From: Tubiluchus corallicola
Lineage: Eukaryota; Animalia; Priapulida
Assembly (NCBI GenBank): GCA_030141605.1
Contig: JAQGDQ010000285.1
Location: forward strand, 1 to 64,000
DNA: 64,000 nucleotides
Direction of reading: 5' to 3'
The notes beneath the pieces are model-generated. The model had not been told where the DNA came from, made no database searches, and was given only the letters and a program-made list of their open reading frames with translations. Below, one piece after another: positions 1-11,564 of the stretch. The position numbers and the translations under genes were made by a program. Within the stretch, counting starts at the first letter, position 1, and each line of letters starts with the position of its first letter.

Positions 1-2
1 CG

Positions 3-2264
3 GCCGAAGACACAGTCAAGGCACTTCTGCGCTACATTGCTTCATACGGAGCCCCGACTGAAATCGTTTCAGATCAAGGCCCCGCGTTTATCTCACAAAT
101 ATTACAGGATCTTGAGTCAGTCCTGGGAATAAAAGGAATTTATGCCACTGCATATCACCCGCAAACCTCTGGCCTAACGGAGAGATTTAATCAGACCCTG
201 AAGTCATCGATCAGAAAGCTTCAGCTAACTGAGGGAGATTGGGAGTGGGACGAATTAATTCCTTTAGTCTTGTTTGCATATCGAGACTGCCCACAGAGTT
301 CAACGTCGTACTCACCATATGAACTTGTTTACGGTTTCCCAATCAGAGGGCCGCTTACTATACTGCGAGAAAAATACAATGTACCGCGTCCAAAGCAATT
401 GACAGAAGTCAATACTTTTGTGGAGGAACTTATGCATAAGATGGAAGAAGTCACAAACGACGCACATGCCGCATTGCATGAAGCCCAGCTGTCGCAGAAA
501 AAATGGTATGATGAAAGGGCAAGTGAACGCAGGCTAGAAGTAGGTAGCAAAGTTCTAGTACTGCTGCCAAAGAGCGCCAAGAAACTGAACCGCATTTGGA
601 AAGGCCCTTACCAAATCTTAGAAAGGGTCTCTGACCAGGTTTACAAAATTGCTTTCCGAGGGAAGAAAAATCGTGAGCGTAACTTCCACATTAACTTACT
701 GCGACCTTGGATCGAGCGCGATGAGGCTCAGGCATTGTTGACATTTGCCACTCCAGACAAAGCCGCTGAGGTCTATGAGGAAGGAGTAACGGAAGTCCAA
801 GATCACATGTTTCCTCCCTCTGCAACCCAAACTCAGAGCATACGGGACATAGATATATCTGAAAGTTTGACCAACAAACAAAAGGAACAGCTAATAAAAA
901 CATTACATGATCATGCAGACATTTTCACAGATTTACCAGGATGTACAGATTTAATAGAACATGAAATACTGGTTCCAAAAGATGCTAAGCCCATTCATCA
1001 ACCACCTTATCGTGTCCCTCAGGCACAAGAAGCACAAATTCGTAAAGAGATTTCCGAGATGGAGAAACTTGGGGTAATAAGAAAATCAAACTCAAGCTTC
1101 AGCAGCCCCGCTGTAATTGTTTTAAAGCCTGATGGCACTATACGTTTTTGCATTAATTATATTAAAGTTAACGAACTGACAACTTTTGATCCGTACCCCA
1201 TACCAAATATGCAGGAGATGCTCAGTAGCTGCCATGGTGCCAAGTATATATCCAAACTGGATCTTACAAAAGGTTACTGGCAGATCCCCCTACATCCAGA
1301 TTCGATAAAACGGTCAGCTTTCTCCTTGCCATGGGGGCAATGGGAATTCCTAGTTATGCCTTTTGGGCTCGTCAATGCAGCTGCAACCTGCCAGAAACTG
1401 ATGGACAAGGTTCTCGACGGAATTCCTAATTATGCCAGAGGGTATATAGATGATACAATCATATGGAGTACACACTACTCAGAACATATTAGTCATCTTA
1501 ATGAGGTACTGTCCCGCTTAGGCAATGCCAAGTTGACATTGAAGCCGAAGAAATGTACTTTTGCGTGTCAACAAATAGACTTCTTGGGACACCGGCTAGG
1601 CAATGACATGTTAAGGCCTCAACCAGATAAACTAGAAAGAATCAAGCATTTTCCGCATCCTATAACCAAGAAAAATGTTCGAAGTTTTCTTGGATTTGTA
1701 GGCTTTTATAGGAACTTTGTTCCAAACTTCAGCAGCATTGCTATGCCATTATTTGAGTTGACCAAGAAACACCTGCCAAACGAAGTAGCCTGGAATAAAC
1801 AAGCAGAAGAAGCATTTGTCCAGTTAAGAGCGGCAATAACTTCAGATTCCTTCTTGATGGCTCCAGATTTTAGCCGAGAATTTATACTCAGCACCGATGC
1901 CTCCAATGTGGGCTTAGGTGGCGTACTTTCTCAGATTAATTCAGAGGGCAGGGAGCAAGTAGTGAGCTACATCAGTCGAAAGCTCACAAAACCCGAGCAA
2001 AACTATGCCACAGTGGAACTGGAGCTTCTGGCTATTCTTTGGGCTGTGCAGAAACTAAACGACTACTTGATGGGAAGACCTTTCACTATCAGGAGTGATC
2101 ATCAATGTTTAACATGGCTCCAAAGAATGAAAAATAAAAACAGAAAACTGGCTAGATGGTCACTCATATTACAAGAATACACATTCAAAGTCGAATACAT
2201 AAAAGGTGCCCAGAATGTTGCAGATGGTCTGTCTAGAAATTCAAATGCAAATCATAAGAAATAA
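3..2264 (+). CDS. Pol polyprotein C-terminal part: integrase core, RT, RNase H (Gmr1 domain order), open from the window edge
   Basis: Frame 3 is open from base 3: AEDTVKALL...IVSDQGPAF...YHPQTSGLTERFNQTLK (integrase D..E), WKGPY (GPY/F motif), LDLTKGYWQ, MPFGL, YIDD (RT), TDASNVGLGGVL, ELELLAI, SDH, ADGLSR (RNase H). Confidence 0.95.
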   Translation, partial: AEDTVKALLRYIASYGAPTEIVSDQGPAFISQILQDLESVLGIKGIYATAYHPQTSGLTERFNQTLKSSIRKLQLTEGDWEWDELIPLVLFAYRDCPQSSTSYSPYELVYGFPIRGPLTILREKYNVPRPKQLTEVNTFVEELMHKMEEVTNDAHAALHEAQLSQKKWYDERASERRLEVGSKVLVLLPKSAKKLNRIWKGPYQILERVSDQVYKIAFRGKKNRERNFHINLLRPWIERDEAQALLTFATPDKAAEVYEEGVTEVQDHMFPPSATQTQSIRDIDISESLTNKQKEQLIKTLHDHADIFTDLPGCTDLIEHEILVPKDAKPIHQPPYRVPQAQEAQIRKEISEMEKLGVIRKSNSSFSSPAVIVLKPDGTIRFCINYIKVNELTTFDPYPIPNMQEMLSSCHGAKYISKLDLTKGYWQIPLHPDSIKRSAFSLPWGQWEFLVMPFGLVNAAATCQKLMDKVLDGIPNYARGYIDDTIIWSTHYSEHISHLNEVLSRLGNAKLTLKPKKCTFACQQIDFLGHRLGNDMLRPQPDKLERIKHFPHPITKKNVRSFLGFVGFYRNFVPNFSSIAMPLFELTKKHLPNEVAWNKQAEEAFVQLRAAITSDSFLMAPDFSREFILSTDASNVGLGGVLSQINSEGREQVVSYISRKLTKPEQNYATVELELLAILWAVQKLNDYLMGRPFTIRSDHQCLTWLQRMKNKNRKLARWSLILQEYTFKVEYIKGAQNVADGLSRNSNANHKK

Positions 2265-2570
2265 ACGGGCACTAATTAACAGAAACAGAAGATTACTTGA
2301 CATTTTCAGTTTTTTTTGTTTTTGTACGAAACTTTTGAATTTTGAAGTTGGTAGAACCAATATCATTTTGAGAGGTTCAAAGCTTTTTTTCCTATTCTAA
2401 GTGATGAGTAGAAAGCTGTCAGACTTTCTTTTGGTACAAACTATCATGCACGTTTCAACTGGCAAAGAGTTGTTTATGCCACTTTTTTAAGTTGAAGACG
2501 AGCACTAAGGTCTGGCCTGTCAGGTCTGATTTTCGAAGACTAGTATTTCATGGAAACATTAGTCTAAAAT

Positions 2571-2581
2571 TTGGGGGGCTA
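2571..2581 (+). promoter_or_regulatory. Polypurine tract (plus-strand primer)
   Basis: ttggggggcta lies immediately before the LTR start TGTGATGG; an identical copy is at 8181-8191. Confidence 0.75.
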
Positions 2582-3780
2582 TGTGATGGACCAGACTAGG
2601 TCCACCCCTTGGCTAAAGTGTGTTCTTGCACATTACAAGCAACCACCTATGTACATTATATTATGCAATTTGTTCAATGATAAATGTTTTGTTCGATTGA
2701 AGAGGCCTAACTTAGTTTGATTTTGTATAAGGAAGCTACCTGCATTGTTTACTTTATTTTTTATGGCTGTTGTTGTAATAATGTACCAGGCACCCATGAA
2801 CTATATCTGCCCCACATGTAACCTACATGTCAGTGTTATGCAGGTCATTTTGAAAGTGTGTTGGCTTCGGCCTTGTTTATTTTATTACAGGGGTGTTTTG
2901 CTTTCTCATTCAGCGTATATAGTGTTACAGTTACCTGTCTAAAGTATAAAACTACCTAGAATGTAGTGAACTGTTCCAGTAACAGGAAAATGTGCTTTTG
3001 ATATTGAGAAGTGGGTAGAATGGTCTGGAAAATGAGAGCTGTTAAAATGTTGGGTTTATACCTTTGAGGACAAACTTAAAATTTATCTGTTGAAAATGGC
3101 TGAACTGGTGTTTTATTGTGAAAAAGCCTGGACAGTTGTAAATGGTGTAATACTATCCTAATGGACAATGTGTTGTAATGCAATTGAGTGGAGTAAAGAC
3201 CAACTTTGAGCCTTCTACACAGTATAAGCAACCCAGCCCTTGTTGTCAGGGTGTGGAGGACCGGCACCTAGTACTGTCGAGCGTGGTATGCGATGTTTTG
3301 GAGATGGTATCCCTTCCATGGAGTACCCCAGTGATTGCCAATGGACTGACGTAGTGAGCGCTCACTCCAGAGATAAGTAACAGTTTACTTTTGAGCTCAA
3401 TAGTGATTATTCAAATTGGTGATATCTTGTGCACAAACTCTTATGGACAGTGAAAACTGCAGTTACTATTAGGTTACTGTTTGGTACCAAGAACTCGTGC
3501 TGTAATTCTTGAAATGGCCATCCTTAACTATTGTAATGTATTTTTTTCTTTTTCTCTTGATTCACTCATATTGTCTGTTAGTAGAATAAAAGCATTGAAA
3601 TGTTAATTAGTCTTTTAGTAAGCTTTGTATTCTGAAACAGGTACACATAAACTACAAGGACAACTCCGCATTTCAAAAGCCTTAGTATTAGTCTCGCTAC
3701 GTTACCAAAGTTAAGTGCGCTTCATACTCGTATTGCATAAGTTACTAATTACTATCACCCACGAGGAACGCCGTCATTAC
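2582..3780 (+). repeat. LTR 1 (1199 bp, terminal A missing)
   Basis: Starts TGTGATGGAC and ends CGTCATTAC; near-identical to 3781-4979 and 8192-9391. Confidence 0.95.
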
Positions 3781-4979
3781 GTGATGGACCAGACTAGGTC
3801 CACCCCTTGGCTAAAGTGTGTTCTTGCACATTACAAGCAACCACCTATGTACATTATATTATGCAATTTGTTCAATGATAAATGTTTTGTTCGATTGAAG
3901 AGGCCTAACTTAGTTTGATTTTGTATAAGGAAGCTACCTGCATTGTTTACTTTATTTTTTATGGCTGTTGTTGTAATAATGTACCAGGCACCCATGAACT
4001 ATATCTGCCCCACATGTAACCTACATGTCAGTGTTATGCAGGTCATTTTGAAAGTGTGTTGGCTTCGGCCTTGTTTATTTTATTACAGGGGTGTTTTGCT
4101 TTCTCATTCAGCCTATATAGTGTTACAGTTACCTGTCTAAAGTATAAAACTACCTAGAATGTAGTGAACTGTTCCAGTAACAGGAAAATGTGCTTTTGAT
4201 ATTGAGAAGTGGGTAGAATGGTCTGGAAAATGAGAGCTGTTAAAATGTTGGGTTTATACCTTTGAGGACAAACTTAAAATTTATCTGTTGAAAATGGCTG
4301 AACTGGTGTTTTATTGTGAAAAAGCCTGGACAGTTGTAAATGGTGTAATACTATCCTAATGGACAATGTGTTGTAATGCAATTGAGTGGAGTAAAGACCA
4401 ACTTTGAGCCTTCTACACAGTATAAGCAACCCAGCCCTTGTTGTCAGGGTGTGGAGGACCGGCACCTAGTACTGTCGAGCGTGGTATGCGATGTTTTGGA
4501 GATGGTATCCCTTCCATGGAGTACCCCAGTGATTGCCAATGGACTGACGTAGTGAGCGCTCACTCCAGAGATAAGTAACAGTTTACTTTTGAGCTCAATA
4601 GTGATTACTCAAATTGGTGATATCTTGTGCACAAACTCTTATGGACAGGGAAAACTACAGTTACTATTAGGTTACTGTTTGGTACCAAGAACTCGTGCTG
4701 TAATTCTTGAAATGGCCATCCTTAACTATTGTAATGTATTTTTTTCTTTTTCTCTTGATTCACTCATATTGTCTGTTAGTAGAATAAAAGCATTGAAATG
4801 TTAATTAGTCTTTTAGTAAGCTTTGTATTCTGAAACAGGTACACATAAACTACAAGGACAACTCCGCATTTCAAAAGCCTTAGTATTAGTCTCGCTACGT
4901 TACCAAAGTTAAGTGCGCTTCATACTCGTATTGCATAAGTTACTAATTACTATCACCCACGAGGAACGCCGTCATTACA
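3781..4979 (+). repeat. LTR 2 (1199 bp, initial T missing)
   Basis: Starts GTGATGGAC directly after LTR 1, ends CATTACA, and is followed by the PBS. Confidence 0.95.
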
Positions 4980-4980
4980 C

Positions 4981-4998
4981 TGGTGGCAGCGGTGGGAT
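4981..4998 (+). promoter_or_regulatory. Primer-binding site complementary to the tRNA-Leu 3' end
   Basis: TGGTGGCAGCGGTGGGAT is the reverse complement of ATCCCACCGCTGCCACCA, the 3' end of metazoan tRNA-Leu(AAG/TAG type) plus CCA; it lies 1 nt after the LTR. Confidence 0.88.
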
Positions 4999-5333
4999 CC
5001 GATATTACTTATGTGTACTTGCAACTGAACATTTATAAAGTATCATAGTAATTATTTTGCAGTTTTGTGGTAGACACGGTGTGTAAAACCCTTAATTATT
5101 TTTCACTGCATTTTTTGGGGTTCAAAAATTTTATTGCACTATGCCTGATTAATTATGCTAGTAAAGTTTTTACTGGACAATATTTGCTACAACAGATAAC
5201 AAGTAAACACGAAGTTACTTCTCTACAGGAAATATTTTTGAGTGACTTACAGTCATATACACACGGAATTGTATTACACTTTATTATTTTGTACAAATAA
5301 TACAGACAACATAAACGGGGGTAGTAAAGCACA

Positions 5334-7955
5334 ATGGAATTTGTGGAGTTTACACAATTACAACTCCAGTCACTGGAATTAGAACAGTTACAGGGTATAG
5401 CCCGAGAACGGGGTATAAAGTGGGAAAGACGCAGTCATGAACAGCTGGTTACAGCCATAATGGGGTGGCAAAAAGTTTGCAACACTAAACCCAGTCAACC
5501 CAAGGTACCAGACGAAGACAAAATACTTCAAGCTCAAGGGGGAGGGCTTCATACTGAACATTCAGACAAAGAAGCTGCTAATGATTCTCTTAATGATGAA
5601 GAGGAACCAGCCCTTCAGCTTGCCCACTCACCCTTACCTTCTGAATATGATTTTGACCTCGGTCTAGGTCGACCCCCACCAGCTCCACCAGATTTTGTTC
5701 AGCCAGTTAGCCCAACAGTTAATACACAAGTTGGTGGATTGCCTAAGGTTGATGTTACTATGTATGCGGCTTTTGATGCTAACAAGTTGCAAATCATATT
5801 GGAGCACCAGCGCAAGCAAGAACGAGACAAACAGGAATATGAGTTGGAGTTACGGAAAATAGAAGCTGGAATGCAAGCTCCCTGGACATCAACACCAGCG
5901 CCGCAAGTGGGAACTACGAGTGATACAGCTGCAGCCCACAGAAACCTGTGTATAAAGTACTTTGGTGAAGATGCTGAATCTCCAGACCTAGCGGAATAGT
6001 TTCGATACTTAGAAAGATGTCTGGTAGTCAATCGTATCCCCAAAGCAGACTGGCCTTGTGTAGTTGCCCGAGCTTTAGCAGGGAATGCTAGATCATTGCA
6101 GGCATACAACTGTGTCCCACAAACTGACTTGCAAGATTATGACAGGATAAAGAGTCGTGTCTTGTCCTTCTTTTCGCTTACACCAGACAGTTACAGGCAG
6201 ACTTTCCGTAAGCTGACTAGAAAACCAGATGAGTGTTATCGCGCCTATTTTACAAGAGTGCGAAATGCTGGAGATTTGTGGCTAGAAGCGGCTAATGTCC
6301 AAACTTTTGAACAAGTTAAAGAATTGTTCTACTTGGAACAAGCCCTAACTGGAGTACCCAATGATATTGCCAAATGGGTAAAGAGGAATAACTGGAACAA
6401 TTTTGATGAAGTAGCTGAGAAATGTGACAGGTATAAGTGCTCGGAAGGGGGGAGACTTGAAATTAACCCTCAGCAGGACAGCAGAGGACATAGCAATTTC
6501 AAGAAATTTCCACCCAGAGACTCTAAAGGCGCCACAGCTAAGCAGCCAGTTCCAAACCAAGAAGCCAGGATTTCTTCTTGGAAATGTTTCAATTGTGGTG
6601 GATTAGGACACATGGCCAGTAGGTGTCCATCATCCAGGCAAACGGCAAAACCACTAGAAGCAAAACGAGGAAACAAACTCCAGTTAGCGTCGACAAAGCA
6701 GAAAGACTGCATTGATGTTTCACAGACTAGTGATGAAGCATTTTGTTTTCCAGCCATGGTAAATGGTCACAAGGTAATAGTACAACGTGACACTGCAGCA
6801 AATGTGAACTGCATACATCGAAGATTCGTACGAGCAAACCAATTTTTGCCTGATCGTACAGAACAGATTCTATGTGGGCATGGCGACCGTCGTACATGTA
6901 GAGTAGCAAGGCTGCCAATTGAGTGCGAACTTGTTAAAGGTGAGCTAGAGTTTGTAGTCCAGAACAAGCTTCCGTCTGAGTGCTTACTTGGTAACAATTT
7001 TAAATCCACTTGGCAGCCTTCTAAAAAACTTGGTCCAAAACACAGCGTTCATAGAGGCCAAAAGTTTGGGAAGAAACAACCTTTTCGAACAGACAGTAGC
7101 AGATTTAAAAATTGTTCAGGAAAGTCCCAGCAGATAGAAGACCGTCACGGTGAGCAGAAAGATGTAGAGGATGATGAACACTCGAGTGAGTCTCAGGTGG
7201 TTAACCAGAAAGGGGTGTCCCATCCATTCTCAACACCAGCTCTGCAAGTCATGACTCGGTCACAAGCAAAGCAATTCAATGAAGAGTTAGAACGAGAGGA
7301 AATAGAGCGGCAGGAAGATGAAGACCATGAGATTCCTGCCCTGGTGAATGAGCAAGAAGAGGATAATTCTCACCAAGGCCAGTCACGAGAAGCACTTATC
7401 CAGGACCAAAACAATTGCATTACCTTAAAGCACCTGTACGACAACGTGATATCGGAGAAACAGGCTAAAAGTCTGGGTAAAGGATATTTTATCAGAGATA
7501 GCCTACTCTTTTTACATTTGAAAAGAGCAAAAGACGTTGATGGTAAAGATTTGATTGTCTTACCCAAAAAACGTAGACTTGAGGTCCTTCAGCATGCTCA
7601 TGACAACAAGTTAGCTGCACATTTTGGGATACAGAAGACAACAGAGAAGATTTTGCGTGAATTTTACTGGCCACATATTCATAGCGATATTCGAAGATTT
7701 GTACGCAGCTGCCCAGTCTGTCAAAAATGCAGTATACGAAAAGCAAGCGATCGTGCTAAGTTGCAACCTATTACAGTCAACGAATTACCATTTCAGAAGA
7801 TTTGCATGGACTTTGTTGGTCCACTTCCACGAACGAAATCAGGTAACCGATATGCTCTGGTTGTTACAGATTTTAGCACACGGTATCCTGAAGTATACCC
7901 CACCAGGACTCAAACTCAGTTTTTTTTGTTTTTGTACGAAACTTTTGAATTTTGA
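5334..7955 (+). pseudogene. gag-protease-integrase(N-term) polyprotein with one in-frame TAG (5997-5999), truncated by deletion
   Basis: ORFs 5334-5999 and 6096-7955 share one frame. SCAN-like capsid (LTPDSYRQTFR...LFYLEQAL), zinc knuckle CFNCGGLGHMASRC, protease-like RDTAANV, integrase HHCC (HAHD..AHFG..CPVC) and DFVGPLP. Confidence 0.88.
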
Positions 7956-8191
7956 AGTTGGTAGAACCAATATCATTTTGAGAGGTTCAAAGCTTTTTTT
8001 CCTATTCTAAGTGATGAGTAGAAAGCTGTCAGACTTTCTTTTGGTACAAACTATCATGCACGTTTCAACTGGCAAAGAGTTGTTTATGCCACTTTTTTAA
8101 GTTGAAGACGAGCACTAAGGTCTGGCCTGTCAGGTCTGATTTTCGAAGACTAGTATTTCATGGAAACATTAGTCTAAAATTTGGGGGGCTA

Positions 8192-9391
8192 TGTGATGGA
8201 CCAGACTAGGTCCACCCCTTGGCTAAAGTGTGTTCTTGCACATTACAAGCAACCACCTATGTACATTATATTATGCAATTTGTTCAATGATAAATGTTTT
8301 GTTCGATTGAAGAGGCCTAACTTAGTTTGATTTTGTATAAGGAAGCTACCTGCATTGTTTACTTTATTTTTTATGGCTGTTGTTGTAATAATGTACCAGG
8401 CACCCATGAACTATATCTGCCCCGCATGTAACCTACATGTCAGTGTTATGCAGGTCATTTTGAAAGTGTGTTGGCTTCGGCCTTATTTATTTTATTACAG
8501 GGGTGTTTTGCTTTTTCATTCAGCCTATATAGTGTTATAGTTACCTGTCTAAAGTATAAAACTACCTAGAATGTAGTGAACTGTTCCAGTAACAGGAAAA
8601 TGTGCTTTTGATATTGAGAAGTGGGTAGAATGGTGTGGAAAATGAGAGCTGTTAAAATGTTGGGTTTATACCTTTGAGGACAAACTTAAAATTTATCTGT
8701 TGAAAATGGCTGAACTGGTGTTTTATTGTGAAAAATCCTGGACAGTTGTAAATGGTGCAATACTATCCTAATGGACAATGTGTTGTAATGCAATTGAGTG
8801 GAGTAAAGACCAACTTTGAGCCTTCTACACAGTATAAGCAACCCAGCCCTTGTTGTCAGGGTGTGGAGGACCGGCACCTAGTACTGTCGAGCGTGGTATG
8901 CGATGTTTTGGAGATGGTATCCCTTCCATGGAGTACCCCAGTGATTGCCAATGGACTAACGTAGTGAGCGCTCACTCCAGAGATAAGTAACAGTTTACTT
9001 TTGAGCTCAATAGTGATTACTCAAATTGGTGATATCTTGTGCACAAACTCTTATGGACAGTGAAAACTGCAGTTACTATTAGGTTACTGTTTGGTACCAA
9101 GAACTCGTGCTGTAATTCTTGAAATGGCCATCCTTAACTATTGTAATGTATTTTTTTCTTTTTCTCTTGATTCACTCATATTGTCTGTTAGTAGAATAAA
9201 AGCATTGAAATGTTAATTAGTCTTTTAGTAAACTTTGTATTCAGAAACAGGTACACATAAACCACAAGGACAACTCCGCATTTCAAAAGCCTTAGTATTA
9301 GTCTCGCTACGTTACCAAAGTTAAGTGCGCTTCATTCTCGTATTGCATAAGTTACTAATTACTATCACCCACGAGGAACGCCGTCATTACA
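8192..9391 (+). repeat. LTR 3 (1200 bp, intact TG...CA)
   Basis: TGTGATGG...CATTACA, preceded by the PPT and followed by unique DNA. Confidence 0.95.
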
Positions 9392-9718
9392 GTGCTGTCT
9401 TCGCGTATGAAACATTTACATTGGTTCTTTTTATAGACCTGTAGCCACTCACCTAGTACCGTTATAAGATTTCAAATGTTTACGTATGTATTGTTCCAAT
9501 TTTTTATGCACTAACAAATACAGTTTAAACCGAAAATAAATTAGAGTTCGTTTCTAGCAACATAAAATGGTGATAATGGCTAGACTAATTAGACAAATAC
9601 TTTGCTCATGCCACAGGTTGCTCAATGCTGGAGTTCACACCGGACTGGATTCTTGCTGACAGATATCTGTCTATATCTGACAATTGGAATTGACTGTTTA
9701 ATGTTACGTTAAAGTGGA

Positions 9719-9937
9719 GAAGTCTTACTCCTCTGAAAATTGTGTTAGGCACAGAAGTTTTACTCATCTGAAAATTTTGTTAGGCAAGGAAGTTTTACTC
9801 ATCTGAAAATTGTGTTAGGCACAGAAGTTTTACTCATCTGAAAATTGTGTTAGGCACAGAAGTTTTACTCATCTGAAAATTGTGTGAGGCACAGAAGTTT
9901 TACTCATCTGAAAATTGCGTTTAGGCACAGAGGTTTT
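9719..9937. repeat. 35-bp minisatellite, about 6 copies
   Basis: Unit gaagttttactcatctgaaaattgtgttaggcaca repeated in tandem. Confidence 0.9.
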
Positions 9938-10886
9938 AAAAAAATTTGTAGCGTCCTGAAACCAACTACAAAGTCCAGAGAAAGTCTCACCGCACGGCAT
10001 GAATATTAACATTAAAATAGTTTGTTTTCATGGAATTAGTAATAATATTGAATATCTCATTATGGTAGTCGTTTTGTCAAGGTATAGAAACGTTCATTGT
10101 TCAACAAGTAGATAGATTGTGAACGTATAGTTTATTGAAATACACAACTATCCATAGTATTAACTTCAAGGAATGAACAACTAAAGCAATAGCAAATACA
10201 CATAGTTAAAGCACAAGTCATAACGTGTCTGTAAAAGTTAGAGAAATGTAACCTGATCCAGAAGTGTGTCAGTGTTTATGGCACAACAGATGTGTTTACA
10301 TATATGTTGTTCCTATTTTTCATAGCAGTTCAGTGCAAAGTAACATTATTTTGCATGCGGACGGTTTTTTATATTTCTAGCTTGTAAGTAGTTAATTATG
10401 CAACATTAATTTTATAAAAAATTTATAAAAATAAATTATTTAAAAAAATTATAAAACATTCGTGCTTAATCCTTAATACTTTGGCATGTATAATTTTCTT
10501 ACGTTTCTGTTTTAAATTAAAAACTCGTGGTAACATTACAGTTCAATCCAGAGTTCAGAGTCATTACTGTTGTTTCTTGGCCTCTATAGTCATCAACTCA
10601 ATCATTATTTTTTCGACTTACTGTATGAAATGTGTCGTTGAATCACTAACTGCTTTTGTTGCTTCTAATCAAGTGTTGGCGGCCTAGTTACCAGTGCTAG
10701 TTTGCTAAAAGCCTAAAGTTCGGTGCAAATGTCATGTTGACCCTTGTAATATTTTCACCATTTATTTCCGTAATGTTTTGCTTTGCGATGGATCATGATT
10801 ACATCAAATCTAATTTGTATTTATTTAACCTCATTAGCTGTGTTATCTATAAGTCATTAAATAAACATCAGTAGGAATCAAATAAT

Positions 10887-11478
10887 GTCTGTTTAAACAA
10901 AAGCAGCATTTATTAAACATTGAAGCATACAAAGAATATTTTACTCTGCTTTTTATATTTAAATACATTAACAACATCAGCAAACCATTCCAGAATAACA
11001 GATTTACCTTTTTTCCAAATCCTATCGTTAATTCCAGAACAAGCCATCTAAAACAAATTAGGACAAATACCAACTATGGAACGAACTCTCTAATCAAACA
11101 AGCAATTCTACTTTGGAATTCTCTACCATTACAGGTTAAACAAATCAAGTCCCTATCAACATTTAAAACAAAATTAAAATCACTAATATTAACCAGATAT
11201 GAAATACCATCACACCAGTACGACAACATACACACTAATTCAGAATTCATATATCCACGGCCATATTAATTAAATCTCAGTTTTTTCATTTTTTGTGCGT
11301 AGTTGTAAATATGTTTGATTTTATTCGTCGTTGCTTTCCATTACTGCACAGTAGTTTAGATTGCACTGACGCATTTGCCTTTAGCAGTGTAAGTTTTTAT
11401 TAACTAACACTGATTGATCATCTCTGTAAAGTTTTTATCAGTGATTATCAATGTATTTTAATGGCAAATAAAGATTAT
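10887..11478 (+). mobile_element. 5'-truncated LINE (CR1/L2-group-like): ORF2 C-terminus and 3' UTR
   Basis: Manual translation LFKQKQHLLNIEAYKEYFTLLFIFKY...RTNTNYGTNSLIKQAILLWNSLPLQVKQIKSLSTFKTKLKSLIL resembles typical LINE ORF2 ends. It ends in aataaa plus a short repeat tail. Confidence 0.7.
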
Positions 11479-11485
11479 TATATAT

Positions 11486-11562
<77 letters not shown>
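11478..11562. repeat. (TA)n microsatellite
   Basis: Direct reading. Confidence 0.95.

Positions 11563-11564
<2 letters not shown>

Larger units (their letters stand above)
1..3780 (+). mobile_element. Gmr1-like Ty3/Gypsy LTR retrotransposon, copy 1 (5' part outside window)
   Basis: pol ORF with integrase core followed by RT and RNase H, then 3' UTR, polypurine tract and a 1.2 kb LTR. Confidence 0.93.
3781..9391 (+). mobile_element. Gmr1-like LTR retrotransposon, copy 2, internally deleted and non-autonomous
   Basis: LTR-PBS-gag-protease-integrase N-terminus is joined at 7915/7916 to the 3' UTR (same sequence as 2306 onward), then PPT and LTR. RT and RNase H are absent. Confidence 0.92.

Noticed and set aside
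2745-4804. Short ORFs repeated in each LTR
   Set aside because: They recur only because the LTRs are copies, use non-ATG starts, and are broken by substitutions among the LTRs.
9719-9937. 35-bp repeats as a CRISPR array
   Set aside because: The units are contiguous with no unique spacers, and the context is eukaryotic.
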